NCBI GenBank assembly: GCA_043817155.1
Contig: JBDRHE010000087.1
Span: forward strand, 983 to 64,982
DNA from: Candidatus Omnitrophota bacterium
GTDB taxonomy: Bacteria > Omnitrophota > Gorgyraeia > JABMRN01 > RBG-13-46-9
Length of the DNA: 64,000 nt
Direction: 5' to 3'
The translations under genes and the position numbers were made by a program. Numbering within the stretch: position 1 is the stretch's first letter; every line of letters starts with the position of its first letter. Positions 19,699-29,049 of this stretch are shown piece by piece. A model generated the notes under the pieces. The model saw only the letters and a list, made by a program, of their open reading frames with translations. It ran no database searches and was not told the DNA's origin.

Positions 19699-21357
19699 AT
19701 GGCCATGTTAAAGAAGATAGATCCGTCCAAGACGAGAGCCTGGAAGAAGCTTAAGGCCCATTATGAGAAGATGAAGAAGGCTGATATGTCAGAAATGTTC
19801 AATCAGGATCCAGGTAGATTTAAGAAGTTTTCAATCTCTTTCGAGGCGATCCTTCTCGATTATTCAAAGAACATCATAACGGATGAAACTATGCGGCTTC
19901 TTCTGGAGCTTGCCTCTGAGGCAGGGGTTAAGGACGCGATCGAATGTATGTTCAAAGGAGAACCGATAAATGAGACGGAGGATAGGTCTGTTCTCCACGT
20001 AGCCCTCCGGAACCGTTCTAATGAGCCGATATATGTAGGCGGTAGAGATGTTATGCCCGAGGTAAATGATGCGTTAAACAAGATGAAAGAATTCTCTCAT
20101 AAAGTTATTTCGGGAAGTTGGAAGGGATATACAGGGAAGCCTATCGCAGATATCGTAAACATAGGCATCGGCGGTTCGGATCTCGGACCCGTCATGGTGA
20201 CCGAGGCGCTTAAACCTTACAAGGAGCCCAACATAGATGCCCATTTTATTTCAAATGTAGACGGTACACATGTAGTCGAAACCCTTAAGACTCTGAGTCC
20301 GGAAACGACCCTCTTCATGATCGCGTCGAAAACCTTCACCACCGAGGAGACCATGGCCAATGCTCAGACCGCGCGGAAATGGTTTCTTGACTCCGCAAAG
20401 AAAGAGAGCCATATCAAGAAACATTTTGTCGCAATATCTACTAACGCATCCAGGGTAAAAGAATTCGGCATAGACCCGGGTAACATGTTTACCTTCTGGG
20501 ACTGGGTAGGCGGGCGGTTCTCTCTGTGGTCCAGCATAGGGCTCTCTATCGCTACGACCATAGGCTATGAGAACTTTGTGCAGTTGCTTGAAGGCGCACA
20601 TGCGATGGATAATCACACAAGAAGAGCGTCCCTTCCGGAGAATATGCCTGCGATACTCGCTCTTATCGGCGTCTGGTACAATAACTTCTTTGGCGCCCAG
20701 TCCCACGCGGTTCTTCCGTACGATCAGTACATGCATAGATTCCCGGCTTATTTACAGCAAGGCGATATGGAGAGTAACGGTAAATGCGTTGACAGGTCCG
20801 GTATCGCAATCACCCACCAGACCGGTCCCATTATTTGGGGAGAACCCGGAACGAACGGCCAGCATGCCTTCTACCAGCTCATGCATCAGGGTACGAAGCT
20901 GATACCCTGTGACTTTTTAGCGCCAATTTCAAGTCACAACCCGATCGGCGATCATCACAAGATCCTGCTTTCGAACTTCTTTGCCCAGACAGAGGCCCTG
21001 ATGAAGGGGAGATCGGAAGCCGATGTGAGAGAGGAACTCAAGGATTCGGGCAAAGGCGCCCCGGAGGTCGAGAGACTTCTTCCGTTTAAGATGTTTAAGG
21101 GTAACAAGCCCACAAATTCTATTATATTTGAGAAGCTTACCCCCAGAACCCTCGGCTCTCTCATTGCGCTATATGAGCATAAGATATTCATACAAGGGGT
21201 GATCTGGAATATATTCAGTTTCGATCAATGGGGAGTTGAACTGGGGAAAGAGCTTGCCAAAAAGATACTTTTGGAGTTAAATGTTAAAAGATCGGTAGAT
21301 TCTCACGACTCATCTACAAATGCTTTAATTAATTTCTACATAAAGAAACGGAAATAG
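19699..21357 (+). CDS. pgi: Glucose-6-phosphate isomerase
   Basis: PGI signatures [15 protein letters not shown] and PCDFLAP. Confidence 0.9.
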   Translation: MAMLKKIDPSKTRAWKKLKAHYEKMKKADMSEMFNQDPGRFKKFSISFEAILLDYSKNIITDETMRLLLELASEAGVKDAIECMFKGEPINETEDRSVLHVALRNRSNEPIYVGGRDVMPEVNDALNKMKEFSHKVISGSWKGYTGKPIADIVNIGIGGSDLGPVMVTEALKPYKEPNIDAHFISNVDGTHVVETLKTLSPETTLFMIASKTFTTEETMANAQTARKWFLDSAKKESHIKKHFVAISTNASRVKEFGIDPGNMFTFWDWVGGRFSLWSSIGLSIATTIGYENFVQLLEGAHAMDNHTRRASLPENMPAILALIGVWYNNFFGAQSHAVLPYDQYMHRFPAYLQQGDMESNGKCVDRSGIAITHQTGPIIWGEPGTNGQHAFYQLMHQGTKLIPCDFLAPISSHNPIGDHHKILLSNFFAQTEALMKGRSEADVREELKDSGKGAPEVERLLPFKMFKGNKPTNSIIFEKLTPRTLGSLIALYEHKIFIQGVIWNIFSFDQWGVELGKELAKKILLELNVKRSVDSHDSSTNALINFYIKKRK

Positions 21358-21382
21358 ACCAAACCTGAAAGGGGGCTCTCTA

Positions 21383-21568
21383 ATGTCGATAGACTTTATC
21401 TGTCCCACGTGCAATATGCAGATGGCCAGAGATCTATTTGTAGTTGTGCCGCATACCGAAAAGGACATAGTGGCTGCTATAAAGAAGGAACACCCAAAAT
21501 GGGCAACTGATGACGGTCTATGCATGAGATGCTACGAATATTATAAGAAAGAGATGAGCCGGGTCTAA
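21383..21568 (+). CDS. Small zinc-ribbon protein
   Basis: CPTC...CMRC pair; 61 aa. Confidence 0.35.
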   Translation: MSIDFICPTCNMQMARDLFVVVPHTEKDIVAAIKKEHPKWATDDGLCMRCYEYYKKEMSRV

Positions 21569-21640
21569 AGAAAGATAGAAAATATTTTACTTGATTTAAA
21601 GATACTAAAAGAGTATCATTATCACTAAGAGGAGGAGCGC

Positions 21641-22786
21641 ATGAAGAAGACCGCGATCCAGAGGCTAAATATATTCGGTCAGAGTATTTGGCTGGACAAC
21701 ATTAACCGTGCGATGATTGAGTCAGGACAACTTGAAAAGATGATCGGTTTGGGTTTAATGGGCATGACCTCCAACCCTACGATATTCGATAACGCCATAG
21801 GCTCCAGCAGCGATTATGATAATGAGATCGCGAAACTGAGTAAGGCCGGGAGATCAGCTTTTGAAATATATGATGATCTGACCGTAAGAGACGTGCAGGA
21901 CGCAGCAGATCTCTTCTTACCAGTACATAATAAGAGCAAAGGCATGGATGGATACGTGAGCCTGGAGATAAATCCGCTCCTGTCGTACAGGACGGAGGAT
22001 ACGATAAAGGAAGGCAAGAGGCTCCATGAGAAGGTTGATCGCCCGAACGTAATGCTCAAGGTCCCGGCCACTGAGCAAGGATTTGCAGCTGTTGAGAAAC
22101 TGATAGCATGCGGAATAAACATCAATGTAACGCTTATCTTTTCCGTGGAGCAGTACCTTAACACAGCCGTCGCTTATATAAAGGGACTCGAGAATTTTTT
22201 GGAAAGCGGCGGCGACGTAAGCTCAGTGCGGTCCGTAGCAAGCGTTTTTGTAAGCAGGGTAGATAGTGTTTGTGATAAAAGGCTCGAAGAAGTTATTGCC
22301 ACAGAAGAGAACGAAGATTTCGTAAAGGAATGTGAATTTCTAAAAGGAAGAGCTGCCGTTGCAAATGCCAATCTTATATACAAAGAGTATCAAAACATCA
22401 TCTCTTCAACAAGGTTCTACAGGCTTCGCCAGAAAGGGGGAAGCATCCAGAGGGTCCTCTGGGGATCAACGAGCACCAAGAACCCCGCGTATAGCGACAT
22501 CAAGTATGTCGAAGAACTTATAGGCAAAAGCACTGTAAATACGATACCCGATAAGACATTCGAAGCGGTTTTGGATCACGGGAAGGTTAAAGAGGCATTG
22601 ACCGCCGATGACAGTGAGGCGCAGAAGATAATCGTCGGTCTTAAAAAACACCAGATAGACATAAAAGAGGTATGTCGCGAGCTTCTTGAAGCCGGTGTTT
22701 CGTCCTTTGAGTCGTCGTTCGAGTCGCTCTTAAGAACCATTGAGACAAAGAGGGGGCGGCTTTCTTCTGTCCGGCAATTGAAATAG
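21641..22786 (+). CDS. tal: Transaldolase
   Basis: GMTSNPTIF motif, TIM-barrel transaldolase family. Confidence 0.85.
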   Translation: MKKTAIQRLNIFGQSIWLDNINRAMIESGQLEKMIGLGLMGMTSNPTIFDNAIGSSSDYDNEIAKLSKAGRSAFEIYDDLTVRDVQDAADLFLPVHNKSKGMDGYVSLEINPLLSYRTEDTIKEGKRLHEKVDRPNVMLKVPATEQGFAAVEKLIACGININVTLIFSVEQYLNTAVAYIKGLENFLESGGDVSSVRSVASVFVSRVDSVCDKRLEEVIATEENEDFVKECEFLKGRAAVANANLIYKEYQNIISSTRFYRLRQKGGSIQRVLWGSTSTKNPAYSDIKYVEELIGKSTVNTIPDKTFEAVLDHGKVKEALTADDSEAQKIIVGLKKHQIDIKEVCRELLEAGVSSFESSFESLLRTIETKRGRLSSVRQLK

Positions 22787-22818
22787 ACAGGCGGATCTTT
22801 TTCTACGGAAGGCAGGCG

Positions 22819-23568
22819 ATGGAAGATTTGGGTGTTGTAGGCAACAGAAAGAAGATCTACGCATTTGACGGTCCCGAAGATGCCGCCGGCGCCGCTTCAA
22901 GAGAATGGAATAGATTGACTCAAAAGGCGATAGAGGCCAGAGGCAGATCCGTTATAGCGGTGTCCGGGGGGAGGTCTCCCGTGGGGTTATTTAAAAAATT
23001 GTCTAACTATAAAGAGGGTATGCGCTGGAAGAAGACGCATATCTTCCTGGTAGACGAAAGATTTGCGCCTTTGGACGATAGCGCTAGTAACTATCGCATG
23101 ATAAAGGAGAATCTCTTAGATATGGTGGATATCCCTAAAACCAATATCCACCCTGTTCAAATCGAAGAGAGTGTAGAGATTTCAGCCAACGCCTACGAGA
23201 AGGAGATCGCCAATTTTTTTGATCTAAAAAAAAACGAGATTCCCAGGTTTGATATGATTCTACTCGGGCTGGGGGAAGACGGACACATCGCATCTCTTTT
23301 TCCGGGAGATAATGCGGTTAGTGAAAGAAAGAGTCTTGCCATTCCGATCACTCTCGATAGGCTCCAGCACAGCCGTGTGACACTTACATTGCCCGTAATC
23401 AATAATGCCAGGAAGATCATATTCTTTATAACGGGAGAGAAGAAAGCTTTTGCGGTAAAGGGGTTGTTGGAAGATGATGGGAAAATGCCCGCTCAATTGG
23501 TAAAACCCGTAAATGGGGAGATGCTCTTTTTTCTGGATGCGCTAGCAAGTTCTCTTTTAAGTAAATAG
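22819..23568 (+). CDS. pgl: 6-phosphogluconolactonase
   Basis: LGLGEDGHIASLFPG motif. Confidence 0.85.
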   Translation: MEDLGVVGNRKKIYAFDGPEDAAGAASREWNRLTQKAIEARGRSVIAVSGGRSPVGLFKKLSNYKEGMRWKKTHIFLVDERFAPLDDSASNYRMIKENLLDMVDIPKTNIHPVQIEESVEISANAYEKEIANFFDLKKNEIPRFDMILLGLGEDGHIASLFPGDNAVSERKSLAIPITLDRLQHSRVTLTLPVINNARKIIFFITGEKKAFAVKGLLEDDGKMPAQLVKPVNGEMLFFLDALASSLLSK

Positions 23569-23803
23569 GAAATACATTGAAATACGATTGAGATACATTG
23601 AAATGCAATTGACATACGTAGATGAGCGCGGATACACAACTCGTCTTTGCGAGGTGTCGTAAATAGGTTAGCGCACCGAAGCAATTTGCTAAGTCCGTCT
23701 TTGCGAAGTGCCGTAATATAACGAGCGCACTGAAGCAATCGCAAACTAGCTCGAATGAGATTGCTTCGGCACGTTCGAATATTCCGGTGCCTCGCAAAGA
23801 CGA
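23569..23803. repeat. Family-A modular repeat, full copy (module 1 ATACGATTGAGATACATTGAAATGCAATTGA; two forward hairpin units; spacer; reverse R-arm)
   Basis: Units TCGTCTTTGCGAGGTG-C-GTAA...AGCGCACCGAAGCAAT and reverse GAGATTGCTTCGGCACG...CCTCGCAAAGACGA form ~48-bp TIR-like ends. Confidence 0.8.
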
Positions 23804-23819
23804 GAGGGAAGATGCTAAG

Positions 23820-24374
23820 ATGGAATATAAAACAGCGCTTGCAAAGGCATGGTTGGAATTGACCAATCTGTCGAAGGATAAGAGATATACCGTTCGGTTT
23901 CTAAGCGATAAGTATGATGTTGATCTTGAAAGCGGTCAGATCCTTTCCCTGTCCTGTAATATACCGGTTAAAGAGTATGCCGCTATTCTCATTTTGCACT
24001 ACTTGATCAAGAAGCTAAAAGGTTTACCATCTTTAAGGGAGGAGTGGGTCTCCTTTAAAGAGTTTGTGGGCGGACAGGGGTATTACCCCGCTTTTAAGAA
24101 GAGGGTTATAGGCACCATAAGGAAAAAGTACGGCCAGAAACCCGAAGGGCTCTATGGCCTGGCTGAACGGTTTCGCGCAAAGAAAGCTCAGCTGGCGGAC
24201 GTTAGCGTTGTCCTTGACACATTTGAAACTATCGTACCTATATTAATAACCTTCTGGCGGAAAGACGAAGAGTTCGGACCTGAGGCCAATGTACTTTTTG
24301 ATAAGAGTATCACCGATATCTTTTGCACAGAAGATATCGCTGTCTTGTCGGAGATCGTAGCTCATAGCATATAG
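23820..24374 (+). CDS. Hypothetical protein (possibly DUF3786-like)
   Basis: First ATG outside the repeat; the track's GTG start at 23787 lies inside repeat sequence. Confidence 0.5.
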   Translation: MEYKTALAKAWLELTNLSKDKRYTVRFLSDKYDVDLESGQILSLSCNIPVKEYAAILILHYLIKKLKGLPSLREEWVSFKEFVGGQGYYPAFKKRVIGTIRKKYGQKPEGLYGLAERFRAKKAQLADVSVVLDTFETIVPILITFWRKDEEFGPEANVLFDKSITDIFCTEDIAVLSEIVAHSI

Positions 24375-24454
24375 CGACACAATGGAGCATAGTCTCCTAC
24401 GCTCATCAAGCGCATAATGCGTGATATTATTATATAGCTCTAGAGAGGTCAAAA

Positions 24455-24871
24455 GTGAAACTCATTACAAGGGATACCGACTACGCGATACGCGCTCTTT
24501 GCTACATGGCAAAAGAGGAAGAGCGCGTTATCTCTGTAAAAGAGTTGGTTAGTACTCTTAGCATCCCGAAACCTTTCCTACGAAAGATACTCCAGACGCT
24601 AAATAGCGCAAAGCTTCTTAAGTCGTACAAGGGTAAAGGTGGTGGTTTTAAATTATCGCGTAAACCCAAAAATATATTTGTTATCGATATCATTAAAATA
24701 TTTCAGGGTCAGGTAAAACTTAGCGAACACATCTTCAAGAAGGGTATCTGTCCGCATTTGAAGACGTGTATTCTGAAGAGAAGATTGGATAGAATAGAAG
24801 GGTTGGTGATTGTGGAGCTGAAAAGAATTACAATAGAATCCCTGCTGTCGGATGTGGAGAGAGACCTATGA
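24455..24871 (+). CDS. Rrf2-family transcriptional regulator
   Basis: N-terminal HTH DYAIRALCYMA...ISVKELV; C-terminal CPHLKTC cysteines. Confidence 0.85.
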   Translation: MKLITRDTDYAIRALCYMAKEEERVISVKELVSTLSIPKPFLRKILQTLNSAKLLKSYKGKGGGFKLSRKPKNIFVIDIIKIFQGQVKLSEHIFKKGICPHLKTCILKRRLDRIEGLVIVELKRITIESLLSDVERDL

Positions 24872-25581
24872 AGGAGATCGAAACCAGCGTCACCGACATA
24901 ATCACCAGAACCCCGGATATCAGAAGCATCAGATTCAGCGCAGATAGCGATATGGAATTCGATGCAGGGCAGTTTTTTTTGCTAACGATAAATTCCCGCG
25001 GTACGGAAATGTCGAAGTACTTCTCTTTTTCAAATTCGCCTACAGAGAATGGGTATGTGGAATTTACCAAGAGGATGACCGGGAGCGATTTTTCAAAGGC
25101 TTTAAAGGAATTGAAGATAGGCGATCCGGCAAAAATAAAAATGCCCCTGGGATCTTTTAAGCTTAAAGAAGAATACAAGAAAGTAGCGTTCATCTCAGGG
25201 GGTATCGGCATTACCCCCGTAAGGAGTATCTGTAAGTTTGCCACCGACAAGAAGCTGCCTACAGACATAGTCGTACTTTATGGGAATAAGACAGAGGAGG
25301 ACATTGTCTTTAGACAGGATTTCGACGATATGAAAAAGAATAATCCTAATCTGCGGGTCGTTTATACGCTTACGCAGGAGAGTATAGACAAGGGGGGATG
25401 GGGCGGAAGAAGAGGCTATATAGATAAGGGCTTCATAATAGAAGAGATCCCGGATTATGAAAAAAGGGTGTTCTATATATGCGGTCCGCCTGCGATGGTT
25501 GCGCACCTTGTAGCGGTCTTAAAAGATGAACTTCGCGTCGGAGACGAAAAGATAAGACTTGAGAATTTTACGGGTTATTGA
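24868..25581 (+). CDS. Ferredoxin-NADP reductase-like FAD/NAD(P)-binding oxidoreductase
   Basis: Flavin motif FSFSNSP, NAD-binding ISGGIGITP, C-terminal YICGPPAM; overlaps the Rrf2 stop. Confidence 0.7.
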   Translation: MKEIETSVTDIITRTPDIRSIRFSADSDMEFDAGQFFLLTINSRGTEMSKYFSFSNSPTENGYVEFTKRMTGSDFSKALKELKIGDPAKIKMPLGSFKLKEEYKKVAFISGGIGITPVRSICKFATDKKLPTDIVVLYGNKTEEDIVFRQDFDDMKKNNPNLRVVYTLTQESIDKGGWGGRRGYIDKGFIIEEIPDYEKRVFYICGPPAMVAHLVAVLKDELRVGDEKIRLENFTGY

Positions 25582-25653
25582 TTAGAGAGGCCGGACCGGA
25601 TTACACAATCGATAATATTGAAGAGCTTAAGGAGATCATAGAATAACACGTTC

Positions 25654-26076
25654 ATGATGGGTAAAGATAGATGTTTAACATGCAGTGAATACAGGAATTG
25701 CAAAGATTCCGTTGCGTCCTGGATATTCTTTATCGTAGGGCTTATTGCAACGATCGCGCTCCGTGTCGTCACAGTGTTGATACATGTAAACCCAATATAC
25801 GGGAAGGTTGCCTGGTATGTCGGAGTGACGGGTTTCTTCGCGTTCTTCATCTACAAATACAACATAATACAGAATAGGGCTCGGACTATAAAGGAACATA
25901 ATCTTCTGAACAGAGTAAATAATAGAGAAGAATTGAAAGAGGAGGATTACAGGTTGATAAGCGCGCTTCTATGCGGTATAAGCTCGAAGAAAGAGAGGAT
26001 AAACTATATATTCATATTCGGGCTTTCGGCAGTAGCGCTGCTTTTGGCAATATATATGGATTTTCTTAAAAATTGA
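25654..26076 (+). CDS. Hypothetical membrane protein with N-terminal CxxC..C motif
   Basis: Three predicted TM helices; [10 protein letters not shown]. Confidence 0.45.
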   Translation: MMGKDRCLTCSEYRNCKDSVASWIFFIVGLIATIALRVVTVLIHVNPIYGKVAWYVGVTGFFAFFIYKYNIIQNRARTIKEHNLLNRVNNREELKEEDYRLISALLCGISSKKERINYIFIFGLSAVALLLAIYMDFLKN

Positions 26077-26093
26077 TCAAGAAGGAGGGGGAT

Positions 26094-26219
26094 ATGGCAG
26101 TGGAAAAAGAAGGGGAGAAGTACAGATGTAATGTTTGCGGAAACGAAGTGAAGGTTACAAAGGTTGGCGGAGGGGAGCTTGTTTGCTGCGGCCAGCCGAT
26201 GGAGAAAATCGAAGGTTAA
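26094..26219 (+). CDS. dsr: Desulforedoxin (41 aa, Fe(Cys)4)
   Basis: [27 protein letters not shown] matches the desulforedoxin CxxC...CC pattern; below the ORF-track size cut-off. Confidence 0.75.
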   Translation: MAVEKEGEKYRCNVCGNEVKVTKVGGGELVCCGQPMEKIEG

Positions 26220-26226
26220 TAAAATC

Positions 26227-26826
26227 ATGAAAGGGATCAGGGAAACAATGGAAAAATCAATTAAAGGAACGAAAACCGAAAAGAATCTACTTGCGTCATT
26301 TGCTGGAGAATCTCAGGCGAGAAATCGCTATACATACTTCGCAAGCGCTGCAAAGAAGGCGGGCTATGAGCAGATAGCAGCGATCTTCCAGGAGACCGCC
26401 GACAATGAAAAGGAGCACGCCAAGAGGTTCTTTAAGCTTCTGGGAGGCGGTGAAGCCGAGATAACAGCTTCATATCCAGCGGGCGTAATAGGAGATACCG
26501 CCGCAAATCTTGATGGCGCAGCCCGGGGTGAGCATCATGAATGGACAAAGTTATACAAGGAAGCGGAAGACGTTGCAAGAGCTGAGGGTTTTGAAAAAGT
26601 CGCGGTTCAATTTAAAGAGATAGCAGAAGTGGAAGAGGAGCACGAGAAGCGGTACAAAAAACTTCTTAAGAACCTGAAAGAGGGTAAGGTATTCAAGCGA
26701 GATTCTGTAGTTAAATGGAAATGCCGAAACTGTGGCTATGTGCATGAAGGCAAAGAAGCCCCGGATAAATGCCCTGCATGTACGCACCCCCAGGCTTATT
26801 TCGAACTTTTGTGTGAGAATTACTAA
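26227..26826 (+). CDS. rbr: Rubrerythrin (diiron domain plus C-terminal rubredoxin-like domain)
   Basis: ExxH motifs in the four-helix bundle; C-terminal CRNCGY...CPAC. Confidence 0.9.
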   Translation: MKGIRETMEKSIKGTKTEKNLLASFAGESQARNRYTYFASAAKKAGYEQIAAIFQETADNEKEHAKRFFKLLGGGEAEITASYPAGVIGDTAANLDGAARGEHHEWTKLYKEAEDVARAEGFEKVAVQFKEIAEVEEEHEKRYKKLLKNLKEGKVFKRDSVVKWKCRNCGYVHEGKEAPDKCPACTHPQAYFELLCENY

Positions 26827-26834
26827 TAAACACA

Positions 26835-27156
26835 GATGAACGCAGATGGGTAAGCAACGATGAACGATGGACGATTCGAAAATAGTGGAAATACGATTGA
26901 AATGCAATTGAAATACATTGATGAGCGCGGATGCATGCCTCGTCTTTGCGAGGTGCCGTAATACACTAAGCGCACCGAAGCAATCTCAGACTTCTGTCAT
27001 CCCCGCGCAAGCGGGGATCCAGAGGGAACTCGTCGAGAGTACATCCATGGATTCCCGCTTCCGCGGGAATGACAACTTTAGATTGCCTGCCTGCCAGTAT
27101 ATTTCGGGCAGGCAGGCTTCGGCACGCTCGAATATTCCGGTGCCTCGCAAAGACGA
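26835..27156. repeat. Family-A modular repeat carrying a nested Family-B REP pair and the CCTGCCTGCC...GGCAGGCAGG palindrome
   Basis: Module 1 at 26835-26939, hairpin unit 26940-26987, REP hairpins 26995-27074, palindrome 27085-27118 inside the R-arm. Confidence 0.8.
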
Positions 27157-27201
27157 AGGCTAAGATCTGTGCCAATCTGTGCATAGAAAAGGGAGGCAAT
27201 C

Positions 27202-27642
27202 ATGAAAGGTTATGTCTGCAAAACGTGTGGTTATATTTCGATAAACGGAAGCGCACCCGAGAAGTGTCCGGTATGTCACGCACCAAAGTCTGCTTTTGAA
27301 GAGAGAGACGCTATAAAGATACCCCAGGATCCTGGCAATCTGAACGAATTGGAAAAGAAACATGTTCCGGTCATAACGGTTGTAAAGAAATGCGGACTGA
27401 TCCCGGAAGGATGCCAGGATGTCCATGTAAAGATGGGCCAGATACAGCATCCGATGGTAAAAGAACACTACATAACACATATCGACCTCTATGTCGATAA
27501 AGAGCTCATATCTCGGATAATGCTCACTCCCGAGAAACTTAACCCCGCAGCTGCTTTACATCTAAAGGTGGGGAGCGGCAAGCTCATCGCTATCGAGAAC
27601 TGCAACCAGCATGGAAATTGGATAAGCGAGGTAGATCTTTAA
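27202..27642 (+). CDS. Superoxide reductase (desulfoferrodoxin-like; N-terminal rubredoxin-like CxxC domain plus SOR domain)
   Basis: N-terminal CKTCGY...CPVC; catalytic EKKHVPV motif with C-terminal His/Cys ligands. Confidence 0.8.
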   Translation: MKGYVCKTCGYISINGSAPEKCPVCHAPKSAFEERDAIKIPQDPGNLNELEKKHVPVITVVKKCGLIPEGCQDVHVKMGQIQHPMVKEHYITHIDLYVDKELISRIMLTPEKLNPAAALHLKVGSGKLIAIENCNQHGNWISEVDL

Positions 27643-27710
27643 ATAGCGGATAGCGTTTAGCGAATAGCGGATAGGTAATTATGCACAAGTACACTAGCTC
27701 AATACTTCCC

Positions 27711-27997
27711 TCGTCTTTGCGAGGTGCCGTAATATACTAAGCGCACCGAAGGTTAAAACATCTTGTCATTCCCGCGCAAGCGGGAATCCAGGCGGAAATG
27801 ACAAATACATTAGAAAGATACACTTCTGGATCCCCGCTTTCGCGGGGATGACAGAATAACGGAGATTGTGCCACCGCTACTTTCGCATGGTGGGGTCCCG
27901 CAATGCATAAGCAACGGCGGGAAAAGCGGGAATCCATGGATGTGCTCTCAATGAGCTCACTCTGGATCCCCGCTTACGCGGGGATGACATGTGGGAA
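27711..27997. repeat. Cluster: one Family-A hairpin unit (27711-27752) followed by Family-B REP hairpins (27764-27853, 27962-27997) and a related two-hairpin motif (27866-27925)
   Basis: The 27866-27925 motif is homologous to 13133-13190 with compensatory stem changes. Confidence 0.7.
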
Positions 27998-28030
27998 GAT
28001 AGGGAGGTGACAGAGTACGAAAGGAGTCAT

Positions 28031-28511
28031 ATGGCAAATATCTTTTCCGGTAGTGAGATAGTTGAACTCGGAGTCCAGATAGAGATAAACGGCAGGGACT
28101 TTTACAGGATCCTTGCGGAGAAATATAGGGATAAAAAGGTAAGGGAGATATTCAAGTTCCTGGAAGATGCCGAAGAGCATCATATTGGCGCGTTCCGGAA
28201 TATCCTGGAATCCGTAGAGAAATACGAACCTAAGGAGGCGTATCCCGAGGAGTATTTTGCGTACATGAATTCATTAGCCGGTGATCACGTCTTCACGCAG
28301 AAGGGGGAAAGGCGAGGAGATCGCAAAAGCCGTAAAGAGCCAGGAGCGCGCCCTGGATATCGGGATAAATTTCGAAAAGGATTCTATTGTATTCTACGAA
28401 GGCATGAAGAAGGTCGTTCCGCCGGAAGGCTTGTCCGTAATAGAGAAGCTCATAAAGGAGGAGGAGAAGCATCTAAAACAGCTAAACGATCTAAAAGGGA
28501 GGGCTAAATGA
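28031..28511 (+). pseudogene. Erythrin/rubrerythrin-like diiron four-helix-bundle protein, frameshifted at a G5 homopolymer (28303-28307)
   Basis: Half one (28031 onward, EDAEEHH) and half two (frame +1, EEEKHL) are contiguous if one G is removed. Confidence 0.6.
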
Positions 28512-28744
28512 GTAAGAAGGTTATGGTGTATAGCACACCGACATGCCCCTATTGCATTAGGGCCAAACAGTTCCTAAAGGATAATAATGTACCGTTCTCC
28601 GATATAGATGTTGCGGCCGATCCGGATAAGGGCCAGGAGATGGTAAAGAAGTCCGGACAGATGGGCGTCCCCGTTTTCGATATAGAAGGCGAGATCATAG
28701 TGGGGTTCGATAAGGATAAGATTGGTAAAACGTTAGGGATCTAG
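28508..28744 (+). CDS. grx: Glutaredoxin (CPYC)
   Basis: YSTPTCPYCIRAKQFL thioredoxin-fold motif. Confidence 0.85.
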   Translation: MSKKVMVYSTPTCPYCIRAKQFLKDNNVPFSDIDVAADPDKGQEMVKKSGQMGVPVFDIEGEIIVGFDKDKIGKTLGI

Positions 28745-29036
28745 CGTTCACGCTACGATGGACGACGGACGTAGGACAATGGACGATTCGAAGATAGCGG
28801 AAATACGATTGAGATACATCGAAATGCAGTTGAAATGCAATTGAAATACATTGATGAGCGCAGACACACAACTCGTCTTTGCGAGGTGCCGTAAATAGTT
28901 GAGCGTACCGAAGCAATCTCTCCGAGCTAGTATGAGATTGCTTCGGCACACTCGAATTTTACGGTGCCTCGCAAAGACTAGGAAAGATGAGATTACTTCG
29001 ACACGTATTAAAAATGAAGGTGCCTCGCGATGGCGA
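28745..29036. repeat. Family-A modular repeat, running into the annotated 5' end of trxB
   Basis: Module 1, forward unit 28873-28920, R-arm 28934-28978, degenerate R-arm copy 28987-29036. Confidence 0.8.
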
Positions 29037-29049
29037 AGAAGATAAAAAT

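Noticed and set aside
23426-23866. ORF-track ORFs lying within Family-A/B repeats (23426-23866, 23493-23744, 26918-27163, 26966-27199, 27737-27937, 28695-28949, 28748-29098, 47752-47967, 47778-48026)
   Set aside because: They are translations of repeat DNA in various frames (recurrent peptides CEAPEYSSVPKQS and FARHRNIRACRS) with no RBS or conserved-domain support.
27643-27678. Short TAGCG direct repeats (ATAGCGGATAGCGTTTAGCGAATAGCGGATAGG) and the in-frame (CAAGAGCAC)3 repeat at 13963-13990
   Set aside because: Low copy number and not frame-disrupting; likely incidental microsatellite-like sequence.
28987-29049. N-terminal extensions MRLLRHVLKMKVPRDGEEDKN (trxB), MRLIWHKKVKG (hypE), MPRKDEREDAK (23787 ORF) and MWEDREVTEYERSH (27989 ORF)
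   Set aside because: The upstream start codons are part of repeat units (ATGAGATTG..., GTGCCTCGCAAAGACGAG, GACATGTGGGAAG); genes were re-started at the first start codon past the repeat with an RBS.
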